Shown here: positions 52,087-64,000 of the stretch, in pieces
How the letters are laid out: each line of letters opens with the position of its first letter
How positions within the stretch are numbered: the stretch's first letter is position 1
Origin: Camelus dromedarius
Taxonomy: Eukaryota
Reading direction: 5' to 3'
Assembly: GCF_036321535.1 (NCBI RefSeq)
Contig: NC_087437.1
Coordinates: 9,922,001 to 9,986,000, forward strand
DNA length: 64,000 nt
Position numbers and translations under genes: made by a program
The notes under the pieces: model-generated
Seen by the model: the letters and a program-made list of their open reading frames with translations, nothing else
What the model was told of the DNA's origin: nothing
The model's database searches: none

Positions 52087-53330
52087 ATTATACAAAAAAT
52101 CAACTCAAAATGGATTAAAGACTTAAACATAAGACAAGATACAATAAACCTCCTAGAGGAAAACATAGGCAAAACATTATCTGACATACATTTAAAAAAT
52201 TTTCTCCTAGAAGAAATAAAAGCAAGAATAAACAAATGGGACCTAATGAAACTTACAAGCTTCTGCACAGCAAAGGAAACCAGAAATAAAACAAGAAGAA
52301 AACCTATGGAATGGGAGAAAATTTTTGCAAGTGAAACCGACAAAGGCTTGATCTCCAGAATATATAAGCAGCTCATACGACTCAATAAGAAAAAAATAAA
52401 CAACCCAATCCAAAAATGGGCAGAAGACCTAAACAAGCAATTCTCCAAGGAAGACATACAAATGATCAAAAAGCACATGAAAAAATGCTCAATATCCACT
52501 AATTATCAGAGAAATGCAAATCAAAACTACAATGAGGTATCACCTCACACCAGTCAGAATGGCCGTCATTCAAAAATCCACAAATGACAAATGCTGGAGA
52601 GGCTGTGGAGAAAGGGGAACCCTCCTACACTGCTGGTGGGAATGCAGTTTGGTGCAGCCACTATGGAAAACAGTGTGGAGATTCCTCAAAAGACTAGGAA
52701 TAGACTCACCATATGACCCAGGAATCCCACTCCTGGGCTTGTATCCAGAAGGAAATCTACTTCAGGATGACACCTGCACCCCAATGTTCATAGCAGCACT
52801 ATTTACAATAGCCAAAACATGGAAACAGCCTAAATGTCCATCAACAGGTGACTGGATAAAGAAGAAGTGGTATATTTATACAACGGAATACTACTCAGCC
52901 ATAAAAACCGACAACATAATGCCATTTGCAGCAACATGGATGCTCCTGGAGAATGTCATTCTAAGTGAAGTAAGCCAGAAAGAGAAAGAAAAATACCATA
53001 TGAGATCGCTCATATGTGGAATCTAAAAAACAAAAACAAACAAAAACAAAGCATAAATAAAGGACAGAAATAGACTCATAGACAGAGAATACAGACTTGT
53101 GGTTACCAGGGGAGTGGAGGGTGGGAAGGGATAGACTGGGATTTCAAAATGGTAGAATAGACTACACTGTATAGCACAGGGAAATATACACAAAATGTTA
53201 TGATAACTCACAGAGAAAAAAATGTGACAATGAGTGTGTATATGTCCATGAATAACTGAAAAATTGTGCTGAACACTGGAATTTGACACAACATTGTAAA
53301 ATGATTATAAATCAATAAAAAATGTTAAAA
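52087..53330 (+). mobile_element. Young 5'-truncated lineage-specific L1 nested in the old L1
   Basis: TSD aaaagactcaata (52074-52086) / aaaagacgcaata (53331-53343) at a TT|AAAA site; well preserved ORF2 C-terminus and 3'UTR. Confidence 0.97.
52090..53026 (+). pseudogene. L1 ORF2p C-terminal fragment (CCHC zinc knuckle), one frameshift near 52497
   Basis: ORFs 52021-52587 ([11 protein letters not shown]...WEKIFA) and 52514-53026 ([18 protein letters not shown]...YYSAIK...ILSEVSQ) are consecutive ORF2 segments. Confidence 0.93.
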
Positions 53331-53592
53331 AAAAGACGCAATATTAAGATATCAGTCCTCCTTGATTCAATCTATAGATTCAACGCAATCCTAATCAAAA
53401 TTGCAGCAGGCTGTTTTTGGATATAAAATCCAAAGTTATGTGGATGGAGTCAGGAATCTTTAAAGTGTAAATGCTGGTTCCATGTAGTACGTATTTTTCA
53501 GACGCTGAGTAGAGGGGAAAGAGGGCTGTGTCCCTGGGTTCCTTTTGTCCACTCAAAGGAACGAATCTGAAAGACCTAAAGGACAAGTTTGT

Positions 53593-53730
53593 CTTGTAGT
53601 AACCTATGTTGAAAAAGAATGTGAAAACGAATATATATATATATATTATGAAACATTATGCTTACACCAGAAATTGACACAACATTGTAAACTGACTATA
53701 CTTCAGTGTATATACGTAGATTTTTTTTTC
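53593..53730 (+). mobile_element. 138-bp L1 3' end insertion with 15-bp TSD
   Basis: TSD aaaggacaagtttgt (53578-53592) / aaaggacaggtttgt (53731-53745); body homologous to 16770-16885. Confidence 0.9.
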
Positions 53731-56119
53731 AAAGGACAGGTTTGTTTTTTCTTTTCAAAGAGTGTGGATTGTTTTATTCAAGAGTAAGAGAATCAAGATT
53801 CATTGCATACATTGTTTTGCAGAAATTAATGTTCTCATACACACACAGGTAGCAAGAATAGGTAGAAAATAGAGTATGCCCCCCCCCAATAGACTTACTG
53901 GTGGAAAAATACTCCCCCAAAACAAGTCACCTCTAAGATAAATTGTATGACCAACAATCTTTTGGGTGAAAGGGTCTTTGCACATATGACCCAAATACCC
54001 CGCCATCTCCACTTGCATTCTTTTGACATTTATTCCCAGCCTTAAAGCAGTGCCTCACAAGTCCTCCATGTAAGCCCCTCACCAAGTCATTACTGAGAAT
54101 TGAAGAAGTGAGCAAAGATTTCTTAGAGGGACCTAGGAGAGAATTTACCAAAACAGAGCAAGTCCCGTAGGAAATCCACCTCCATAGTCAGCATCAGATA
54201 AGGCAGGTATCTAGTCCTTTGCTCACACACCCTGACATCTACAGTGCTCCTTCTCTGCCTTGTATCTCACCTTGGTCCCCTTCCCCAGGCCACATTCATT
54301 TCACTGCCAAGGAAAACAAATACCCTCTAATTAGTGGAACAGCTCTTCCTCCTTCAAAGATAGCTACTTTTGAGTAGGCATGCTCTGGGAGTTTCACCTC
54401 CTACTCCAAATGACTTACCAAAGTACTCCTTCTAACCACAAGCAAGTCTAGCCTTGAAAGACTGCCTCCATGTCCTTATATGCTATGTAAATAAATAACC
54501 ACATGTATTATTTACGTAACTGTCCATTGACACTCGTGTGCACTGCTATTCACATTTCATGGTGGGGAGGCGTAAGGGGTTGGAGGTGTTAATTCTGTTA
54601 GAGTCACTCAGAAAGCCGAAACATCAAGGTTCATGAGTGCATGGTTTCGATTACCTTTGTAAATAGTTCAATCTTGACCACCTCGTTCAAAGAAATATTC
54701 TGGCTACACTTTCAGTCCTGTTGCATCACATCCCAGGCATTACAAGATTACCCATCTATTTCTCCAACCACATCACACATGGGAGAGCTATGCTCCAGGC
54801 TGTATGTCCTTTTGGACTTGATTAGAGTACTTGACAATGTGGATGAAACTCTTGGTTCCCAGTTCAAATTACAAAAGAAGAGAGAAAATTGAGGGGATAC
54901 CTAATTTTAAAAAACTCACACATTTCAATCTTTTAAAAGATTTCTTCAATTTCAGTATAATTTTTTCAAAAGGAAACGAATTAAGAACATATCGCCTTTA
55001 TTTAAATGATTGTCTAATGCCCTTTTCCAAATAAAATAAGGAAATAATGCCCCCCAAAAGAACAAGATCTTGTCCAAATTTGAAGCACAGTCGGTGTAAA
55101 TAAAGCCATTGGGCTGGAAAATCATACTTTGAACCTGAAGCCAATTGTTCCCTTATTTAGTTTTAAAACACACCATTGAAGCCAGTTTTCTTTTCTTTTT
55201 TTTTTTTTTTAATACTGAAAGAAAAATTTAAGAGAAGTGGTAGAAAAAAAGAAGTCATATCTAAATTTACATCGACTGACAATTAAGAATCCCTGAAAGA
55301 CATATTGGTCTCTTCGTATTTGTATCATGTTTCTAGGCTTCAAAAGATGATAAAATATGTTTAACTGCATCATTGCATGTTTCAGAAAGAATTCATTAAA
55401 GTGAATTTTAGCAGATCAAGATATTATATTATCAAGAGTTTATTCAAGAGAAAACATTTGTAACAACTGTTACAGAGAGATAATTACTGCTTCCCGAAAG
55501 TCATTTGGAAAATAATATCTTATGATTTGTTTTCATCCTTCATTCTGATAATTTGATCTCTAATGAGTAACATTTTTTCAATATGCAATAAAATATATTT
55601 ATTTAATAAAACAATACATAAATTGTATTTCACACGCATCTAGTTTGAAAATGTAGATTATTTGGCCAAACTGACTGAACTCTTAAGTTCAATAGCCCTG
55701 ATATCAGAATCTGCCTTTTATTTACCCAAGTTAGTCACTCACTTATTTATTGACAATACACACACAAGCATTAACTTAGTAAGCTGATATTGTTAATCTC
55801 AGTCCCTAGGGGGAAAACAATATCATTACTGTCAAATTACTGGCAGCATGGTGTCTGGTCAAATGAAGTTAAGTTTCCTGTTTCATAATAAATCAAGTTA
55901 ATATAGTTTGCTTTGCAAATCAAATTGTTAAAATTAACCGTTCAATGGTATAAAACCATTACTTGAAATGACATAGTTTGAGGGTCAAAATAGTGTTCAT
56001 TGATTTTACCTGAAACCTGGGTCTGGGCAAGTCACAACAGATTGTGAATTGTGTTCCTTACTTTTAAAAAACAACACATCTGGGTTTTTTTTAATTAAAA
56101 ACTTTTTGAGTATGTCAGC

Positions 56120-56197
56120 TGTGTGTGTGTGTCTGTATGTGTGTGTGTGTGCGTGCATGACAAGGAGAAGACAAGGAGACAAGAAGACAAGGAGAAG
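56120..56197. repeat. Imperfect (TG)n followed by GACAAGGAGAA-type tandem repeats
   Basis: Read directly. Confidence 0.85.
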
Positions 56198-56234
56198 CAA
56201 AAAATTCTTAGAACCATCTTCACATCTTGATGTG

Positions 56235-56560
56235 CATCAATTTATGTATTGAGTGTGTACCATAGATGAGGTTCTGTGAAACATGCTGGGACTTTAAGAA
56301 CAAATGAGCATAATAATTCCCGTTTCTGTAAGCACAAAACTAACAGTCTTTTAGAGAGTGCAGTGACTGGGAAGAATGTTCAGAAACAGGAGATTTCTCA
56401 TGCAGTTTGTTAAGTGTGGTGAGTGACCGAGTACAGGAGCCTGAAAGAGGAAGGTGATGGGGAAACTCTCCTGAAGAAAGTGATGACGCTGAGCTCTTAG
56501 GATGTGTAGGCATTGAACAGGGGAAGGAAGAGTCCGTGTCTGAATAGGGCTGGATAAGTG
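56235..56560 (-). mobile_element. L2 3' region
   Basis: atgtattgagtgtgtaccat...tgctgggac...aacaaa...ctctcctgaagaaagtgatgacgctgagct. Confidence 0.65.
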
Positions 56561-57820
56561 ATGGGACTACGGTGAGCTTGTCGCAGGCAAGAGTAAAGAG
56601 TTTGTGGAAAGGCTCCTTGTTAAGACCATTAACAACAGATTTCAAAAATTTCGGTGTGAAAAGAGCCTTGAGTACGATGATAAAAGGGCAGGAAATAAAG
56701 CTAAAGCTGGGACCAAGTCTATAACATTTACAATTCTCTTCTCCTATCGTAATTCTCATATCGCAATTAATTGTCAACCTGTTGGTAAATGGATTCATTG
56801 GCCATTATAAGTCCTTTAGCCATAGTTTCTTCATTCAGCTTTGGGTGGGTGAAGTTTGTCATCTGCTGTCTTTGAGGCGGTTATGCATGATCAAAACTGT
56901 TTGCTGAATGTTTGAATGTCCATTTGGTTCATTACAAACTCTAGAGCACATCAAGTTTCATTTCCCTAAAGATGTCGAAGGCATTTTACCACTTGTCTGC
57001 TTGCCCAGAGAAGCTGAAGGCCAGATAGATTTGTGTCATCTAATGTGGTTCCCTTGTGAAATTTTATACCAAATATCAGGGAAAAACTTATGCTTTCATA
57101 CTCCAAATTTAAAAATAATTTATTTTTAATAGGACAGGGAAAAAAAGGATAAGATTCCCAAAAAACAAACAAGCAAACAAACAACAGTTATCAGTCAGTA
57201 GAGATTTTTAGCCAAGTTCCACTGCCTGGAAAACAACAGGACCATAATTCTAGGAGACACAGTTTCAGGGCTGCAGAGTTACACATATTACATTCACAAT
57301 TCGGATAAAATGTATTTTTATTTTACATTCCCTTAACTAATTTTATCTTCCTTTCAACACTTTATTAAGTAGCAGGGAAACATAAGCCTTTCAATTAATA
57401 ATATTTCTACCACATGCTGGTTAAATAGTGTTCTGTTAGTTTAAAAGATTCCTTTCTAGAAAAAGCTATCAGTGTTCAAAGGTTCCTCCCCTCCAATTTT
57501 TGTCCTTAATGGCACCTATGAGTACAGGAGTGGGTTGGAGTGGGTTGGATTGGGAGGGTTTGTTCTTAGATCTGCACATTTGTCATCGAGGTCCTTTGCA
57601 GTGTCCCCTGTCTTCCTCTCCAGGTGGACTTCACCTTTCTCTCTTGGCCTCTCGTTTGCTAACCCCAGTCCAACTACCTCCAAGTGTGGAGACTGGAATC
57701 AACTGGCAGAGGTTGTGTGTAGATGGGAAAACAAATAAAAGGCAAAGAAATTAATCAGGAGTCCATTATAGCAGTCCAGGAAATAAAGATATTCTACACT
57801 AAGGAAGTAGCGGTAGGAAT

Positions 57821-58307
57821 TGTTGGCTGAAAAAAAAAAAAGCACAATGTGAGAGTTGTGAGTTACATTTTATTTGGGGCAAAATAAGGACTATAGCCTG
57901 TGAGACATCATCTCAGAAAGCTCTGAGGAACTGCTGCGAAGAGGTAGAGACGGGGCCAGTATGCCTGTGATTTTGGTGAAGGGGGTAGGTGCAGTCAAGC
58001 ACACATTTTTGTAGAAGGTTGCTGCTAGTCTCCTGAAGGTTACTGCCAGTCACTAGGAGCAGATGTCTCTGTTAACGATTTTAGTGCATTTTTAGATATG
58101 AGGAGATGCAAGAATTTGGGCTCATAAAATTTTCTCCTGAAAGTATCTATCTGAAGGCCTAGACTGCCAGTTTTTCCCAGAGCACAGGGTGCCTCATCCC
58201 TGATTGCTGCCCTGGACTCCGTTCAGTGTGTGTTGAAGGTCAGTGGCTGTGGTAGCTCTGATTTAATCCTTGTAGAAGCAGATGGTAAGTGCCAATTTCA
58301 GTTGGCA
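57821..58307 (-). mobile_element. Solo ERV1-class LTR
   Basis: tgttggctgaaaa...ttttatttggggcaaaa...tctcagaaagctctgaggaactgct...gttggca; TSD gaat/gact (3 of 4). Confidence 0.85.
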
Positions 58308-59449
58308 GACTCTAGCCACAAAAATTACAAATATTGTTTTACTTAACTCTCTCTATTACCCTGAGTGCTATGTACTATTATACCTACAGAGTAGATACAA
58401 AAATAGGTTGAGACAATAAGTTGCACAAGACCTCATAGCTGATATATCGATCTACATGACCCATGGATGAGTTTCTCAGTTAGTCAATCAACAAATTGAT
58501 GAATGGATGAAAGACATGTGTGTCTGGAGCTCAGCAGTGAGGACCTTCAGCATATATGTGGTGCATGATTCTGGAAGCCCTAGTGGCAATGTTGCCCAGC
58601 AAATGTATGCAGGAAAAGCTAAGAAGGGAACTTTTTTAAAGGTTAAAGTAAAAGGATATGGAAGATGCAACTGGGATGGTCAAATTCAAGCTATTTAGAT
58701 TATTATTTCTAAACTTCTACCCTAAAGAAATTCTGTAAGTGGAACTTAACTTCAATTTTTGTTTTGTTTTACCCATCAATGAATTACAGATCAAAAGAAG
58801 CCTGGATTCCTGGTCTTGCCTGAGAGAAACCAGTCAGATCTCTCCAACACTTTAAGCCACAGTAGGTTGCTTTGTTTTAATTTTCCAGATCCAGGCAGTT
58901 TGCAGTTGAAGGCAGGTATGAATTTCCCTGTCATTTAGAATTCTATTTGTTGAGTATTATAATTCTACAAAGCCTTATTGGATGCTTTGGTTTGTTGTTT
59001 TCTCAGTCTAATGATTTAGCTATTGTCTCCTACTTGTCTGTTCAAATCTCTCCTGAATTCCAGTGACACACTCTGATTAAAAGATAATGACATTAGGACT
59101 GTAAGAAATTTAAGATGAATCAGGTTTTAACATTACACAAGCTATTCCAACTTTTGTATTAAACATGAATGACTCTCAAAGAAAACAACAATTAAAAAAA
59201 AATCCTCCTGATCTCAGACTAAGCCTCTCTGAAGTCAAAATATATCCTTTCCTAGCTTTTTATACCTATTGAATCAAGGTTTTATGAGTTTCCTCCACTA
59301 GCACTGATCCACAAAGAAGTCATATCTGCAGATGTGGCTGGGTTATCAGTATGCATGGCTTTTACGTAACTCCCCTTCATTGACATCTGCAGTAAACTTT
59401 CCATATAAGCAATCTGTTGTAAAACAAAACAAAACAAAACAAAACCACA

Positions 59450-60335
59450 AAGGAGAATTAACATAACAATGAGATACTCCTATTAGAATGGCCAAAATCC
59501 AGGACACTGACAACACCAAAAACTGGTGAGGATGTGAAGCAACACAAACCCTCATTTACTCCTGGTGGGAATGCACGATGGTACAGTCACTTTGGAAGAC
59601 AGTTTCGTGGTTTCTTAGAAAACTAAACATACTCTTACCCTATGAGACACTCCTTAGTCTCAACCCAGAAAGAGTTGAAAACTTATGTCTACACAAAAAC
59701 CTGCTCATGCCTGTTCCTAGAAGCTTTATCAATAATTTCCAAAACTTGGAAATCAACCAACATGTCTTTCAACAGGCAAATGTGTAAATGAATTGTGGTA
59801 TAGCCACACAATGGAATATTAATCTGTGCTAAAAAAAAAAAAAAAAGAGAGAGAGAGATCTCCAACCACAAACAGATATGGAGGAAACTTAAGCTTATGC
59901 TGCTGAGTGAAAGAAGCCAGTCTGCAAAAGCTACATACTATATGGTTCCAACTGTATGATATTCTAGGAAAGGCAGAACTATAGACTGTAAAACCGTGGT
60001 TTCCAGGAGTTTATAGGGAGGGCGGGTGGAATCGGTGGAGCACAGGGGATTATGATGGCAGCAAATTGTTCTGTATGAAATTCTAACTGTGGATACATGC
60101 CATTAGATATAGGTTAAAGTCCACAGAACGTACAACACAAAGAAGGAACCCAAAGGTAAACTATGCGTTTTACTTAGATTATCAGTCTTGGCTCATGATT
60201 TGTAACAAGCGCACCACACTGATGCAAAATGTTAATAAGAAAAAATGGGAAAGGGTGACAGGATATCGGGGAATTCTCTGCACATTCCACTTATTTTTCT
60301 GAAAACTCTAACCTCTTTTAAAAATAGTTTATTAA
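59450..60335 (+). mobile_element. L1MC-like 3' end (ORF2 C-terminus plus 3'UTR)
   Basis: acaatgagatac...attagaatggccaaaatccag...ggtacagtcactttggaagacag...gaacgtacaacacaaagaaggaacccaaaggtaaactatg. Confidence 0.88.
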
Positions 60336-61439
60336 TTATAATGCAGAGAGAAGGTCCCTACCTCCTGTAGCATTCCATACACTAAGAATAACATTGTATT
60401 ATTTTCTTTTAATTAAGCAAGTTTAAAATAAGTATCTCATTTTTGCTCATTCTTTGACTATAGAGAGTCTACCTTTGATAAGAATATTATTTGAATGATC
60501 CCTTTATAGAGAAATGTGTAACTTCTGCCAGTTTTAGGCACTGGGATAGATCCTTTCTATAGGACATAAGACAAGGAGTGGCCATAAGTTCCATGGATAA
60601 CCGTTGACATTTATTCACAGATGCTAAGAAAGCAAGGCAGCAGAACCCATAAGAGCATAATAATGGAAGAAAATAACCTGTCTGACATCATAAAAGCATT
60701 TCTGATCCACATTCTTATCTCAGGTGAAGAGCGCTATTCTCAAAAAAATTCACGATGGCATGATAATGCATTTTCTGAGGTACAGAAATTCACTCCCTGA
60801 ATATAAAATTCAGACACTTTTGTTTAAGTTAGGAGGAAGGGAAAAAAAAAGCTGTTTTCTTTATTTTGCAGATAGCTTGTGTAAATTTAACACAACATTG
60901 ATGATAAATACTAATTCTGTCATAATTTGACCTTCTCTTTTGACATTAGCCCCACTCATTTTATTTTATTTAGCTGTAATATATCTGCCACATTGGGGGT
61001 CCGTCCAGCACTCGCTGATGTTTATAAACATTTTACGTTGGGCTTTCATTGATTAATCAAGTGTATGTTGAATCATAGAGTAGGGAAATGTCTCACAGTT
61101 GGAATAATTTAAAGTAGTTTAGTCGAAGACATCACACAAGTTTTTCTTAGGTACTGCTCATCCAGAGATCTAGGCAATCCCAGAACTGGCTCAATTTTTA
61201 TCCAAAAATATTATGGGATAAATTTATTTTTCTTTCTTTCATAGTGTTCCTTATCCAACACAGAAAAAGAGAAAAAAAGTTCCCAATTTTATTTCTATAA
61301 GTTAATATAAAGTATTTATTATAAAAAGTTAATATATTATAAAATATGTACAAATGACATTACTCTATGCATAAGGTTTGGTTTCTCTGTCATAGCAAAA
61401 ATTTTCTAAATAAATAAATTAAAGCTATAGTAGCTATCA

Positions 61440-61660
61440 GGAACGACTATTTTCTATATTTCAAGGATTTTACATATATTAACTTAATCTTCACAAAAGT
61501 CTAATCAGATAGATATAATTACTTTTCTGTTTTACAGATGAGGAAACTGGATAATTGAAGGTTAAGCAACGTGCTCGAGGTCACGCCAAGTGACTGGAGA
61601 ACCGGGATTCAAACTCAGACAACTGGACTCCAGTATTGGTACTTCAAACTCATGAATTAT
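61440..61660 (-). mobile_element. MIR
   Basis: tttacagatgaggaaactgg...aggttaagcaacgtgctcgaggtcac...gggattcaaactcag. Confidence 0.85.
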
Positions 61661-62254
61661 GCTTAATGCCCAGAACAAAGAGTTTGCAGGCATTCAGAGA
61701 AATCGCTGAAGAATAACTCTAAAGTGATTCAAATGAAACTTTACATAGCAATAGAAAAAATCCTATGTCCCCACCAAGGGCAACCTGATTTTATATCCAC
61801 TCAATTTTACACTCAGAAGGTTTTAGAAACATTTATTCAAATATTCTTTTTTGCTAGTATGAAGATAAGATTTAACCAAGTGTTTGCATCGCTACTTATA
61901 GTGTATTTCTACTAATGTAACCGAAAAGTGCCCAATACTTTCAGAAATATGAAGAACATCCTTAAGGCCTTTTAAAATAAAATGTAGGTTTCTGTTTTTC
62001 TTTTTTTAGAAGCCAACTCAGTGAAGTTTTCTACAAAGGAGAGCATGGGAAAAATAAAATTACTTCTATGGTTATATCAAATGCTGGTTATCCACTGTTA
62101 TTATAAAACAATTAATTGAACATTTATTATATCAAGAGGTATAGAAATAAGAATATGGCCAAAGACAGAGATAGATATGTAGTTACAGGTACGTGGATAG
62201 GGATATATGATATTGATAAATATGTGATTGTGGATAATAGACTTAATAGACAGT

Positions 62255-62410
62255 TGGATGCTCACAGCAACCCTGTGAGGCAGGGTTTATTATCTCCACT
62301 TCATAGATGAGGAAGCACAGAAAAGTAAAGTAACTTGCTCCAGGTTACACAGCTGGTATTGCCAGGATTCCAACCTAAGGCTGCAAACACCATGCTTTTC
62401 AACACCAACT
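62255..62410 (-). mobile_element. MIR
   Basis: ctcacagcaaccctgtgaggcagg...atagatgaggaagcac...aagtaacttgctccaggttacacagct. Confidence 0.85.
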
Positions 62411-62977
62411 CCCTTTAAGATGTTTTTTCCTAGTGAAAAATAGAAAGAGGAGCAGGCATCAGGTACAGTGAGAGACCCAACTCTTTGCCTCTCTCTCTTC
62501 AGGGTGCTACAGAGAATGATAAAAATGAATGTGGGCATCACAAATGTGAATGCAGAGTCTTGGGGCATGCACTGAGGTACATCACTGGGAATATACGTGA
62601 GATGAGAGGCAGGCTGGAGATTTGCCTGTGAGTGAGATGGACCTAGGACAGGGAAATCAGCATTGGGATGGGGGTGAGGGAACCAAGAATCAGGAAAGGA
62701 AGTAGCAGATGCCAGGATTTTCCTTTTCCTCTTCCTTTTCTTGCCACTTTAAATGGACTGTGAGTTAAGACTAGAAGACAAAGATTGAGAATTAAGCTTC
62801 AGCATCTGAAATAATTAAAGGGAAAACAAAACTGAAGACCTCACAAAAAAACAGCAGCAATGGAAAGGTACTGAGTCCCAAGGCTGCCCAGCCAGAGCAG
62901 AGGGTGCCTGTGCACGTGGGCCCAAGGTCCTTGAGTATCTTTGCAAATTGATATACATGCTGGCAGTGGCTTTGAAG

Positions 62978-63210
62978 CATTGGTTCTCAACTGGGGATGA
63001 TTTTGTCAACATCCACCTCCACCCCTGCTGAGAACACCTGACAATGTCTGGAGACCCTTTTCATTGTCAAGACTCGGGGAGGGGTGCTACTGGCACACTG
63101 TGGGCAGAGACCAGAAATACAGCTGAACATCCTATGAAGCACAGGACAGCCCCTCAAAACAAAGAATTGTCCAGCCCCAAATGTCAATGATGTCACTGTT
63201 GAGTAATGTT
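62978..63210. mobile_element. MER20 (hAT-Charlie)
   Basis: tggttctcaactggggatgatttt...acaatgtctggagac...ggtgctactggca...gcacaggacagcccc...aagaattgtccagccccaaatgtcaat. Confidence 0.9.
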
Positions 63211-63699
63211 ATGTCAACATATCTGTTACTTGTGTCTTTCCTTGTATAGACTGAGGCCCCTCAGAGGAAAGTTCAGGAACTGACAGAAAGAATGAATTGG
63301 GTCTGCTCTCTTTCCAGTCTCTCATGTAAGAGAGAAAAAATTCAGAGCTAGAAGCTGAAACAGCTGTTTTTAGGGGAAATGTTTTGACCCTGTGGGTATC
63401 AGCACTGCTACCTAGGAGATCCAGGAACAAAACACAACCAAAGACTGGCGAAAGGGCTGTTTTCTCCACTTCTTCTTGGATCTTAGTATGGATCGAGCAT
63501 TTTAAGGATGTCTTTGGCTTAAGCACCAGTAGTTTGATCATGGTAAACATCAATGTATATAGGTCCCTAAAATGACTTTGCAAAAAGGAGACAACTTCAA
63601 GAGGTAGCTGGGGCAGGATAGGAGTGACAAGGTTGGTAGCAATATGCAGTGATATTTGGGTGTATGAATATGCCCCTTAAACTCTCATCCTCCACCTCC

Positions 63700-64000
63700 A
63701 TGTCTGCCAGAAATACTTGAGGGAAAATTTGAATAGACTCTCTTTGATCTATCGTATTGCCTTTGCCCCTTTGTGAAAGATTAGTTGACTATATTTATGT
63801 GGGTCTATTTCTGGACTCTATTTTGTCCTATTGATCTATGACTTCTGTCTGTTGTTTCATCTGTACCTTACTGTCTAATTAACTGTAGCTTTGTTGGAAG
63901 TCTTCAGGTCAGGTAGCATCAGTCCTCCAACTTTGTTCTTCTCCTTCAATATTGTGTTGGCCATTCTGGGTCTTTGCCTTCTCCATGTAAACTTTACAAT
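63700..64000 (-). mobile_element. Old L1 ORF2 fragment, cut by window edge
   Basis: Reverse strand reads ...PRMANTILKEKNKVGGLMLPDLKT..KATV, typical of L1 ORF2. Confidence 0.85.

Larger units (their letters stand above)
48638..53445 (+). mobile_element. Old L1M (L1MC/MD-like): 5'UTR, decayed ORF1 and 5' part of ORF2, interrupted by a young L1
   Basis: A-rich strand bias; gaaatgatggctgaaaattttccaaaattg (ORF1), ataacaatcctgaacatttatgtac (EN), gaaaagcatttgacaaaat (RT, EKAFDKI); resumes at 53344 with atctatagattcaacgcaatcctaatcaaaat (IYRFNAILIKI). Confidence 0.9.

Noticed and set aside
52021..53026. Host protein-coding gene or active retroelement
   Set aside because: L1 ORF2 C-terminus only; 5'-truncated, frameshifted, lacks intact EN/RT
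56340..56798. 152-aa minus-strand ORF
   Set aside because: Overlaps a decayed L2 and shows no protein-like homology
58570..58590. CTCF-like motifs (gccctagtggc here; ccagatggcac near 16146)
   Set aside because: Only partial matches to the CTCF core; expected by chance
1..64000. CRISPR array, operon, prophage or other novel multi-gene system
   Set aside because: No regularly spaced repeat-spacer array, no gene-dense segment and no foreign-composition insert seen; the window is explained as mammalian promoter plus intergenic repeats

Overview
Mammalian genomic DNA, most likely camelid (Camelus/Vicugna). That call rests on three tRNA-Ala-derived vic-1-type SINEs, young L1s with camelid-style 3' ends, and no recognisable ruminant or pig SINEs. 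The left end holds a CpG-island promoter (~1.0-1.95 kb). It contains the probable first exon of a minus-strand gene (donor CAGG|GTAAGT at 1476/1475) that runs out of the window; I do not recognise the gene. The remaining ~62 kb is upstream/intergenic DNA with no convincing host protein-coding exon. It is filled with interspersed repeats: L1s of several ages, L2, L3, MIR, solo ERV/MaLR LTRs, MER5A/MER3/MER20, Tigger and MADE2. The only protein-like ORFs are L1 ORF2 fragments and a fossil Tigger transposase. I see no support for a new multi-gene biological system. The best leads are: a perfect 19-bp inverted repeat spanning two unrelated old repeats; a candidate divergent spliced lncRNA; a CpG-retaining distal element; two perfect NRF2/MAF ARE motifs; a SINE keeping a near-intact tRNA-Ala cloverleaf; and several datable nested insertions. 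Repeat family names are from recall of consensus sequences, not a search, and boundaries of old repeats are approximate.
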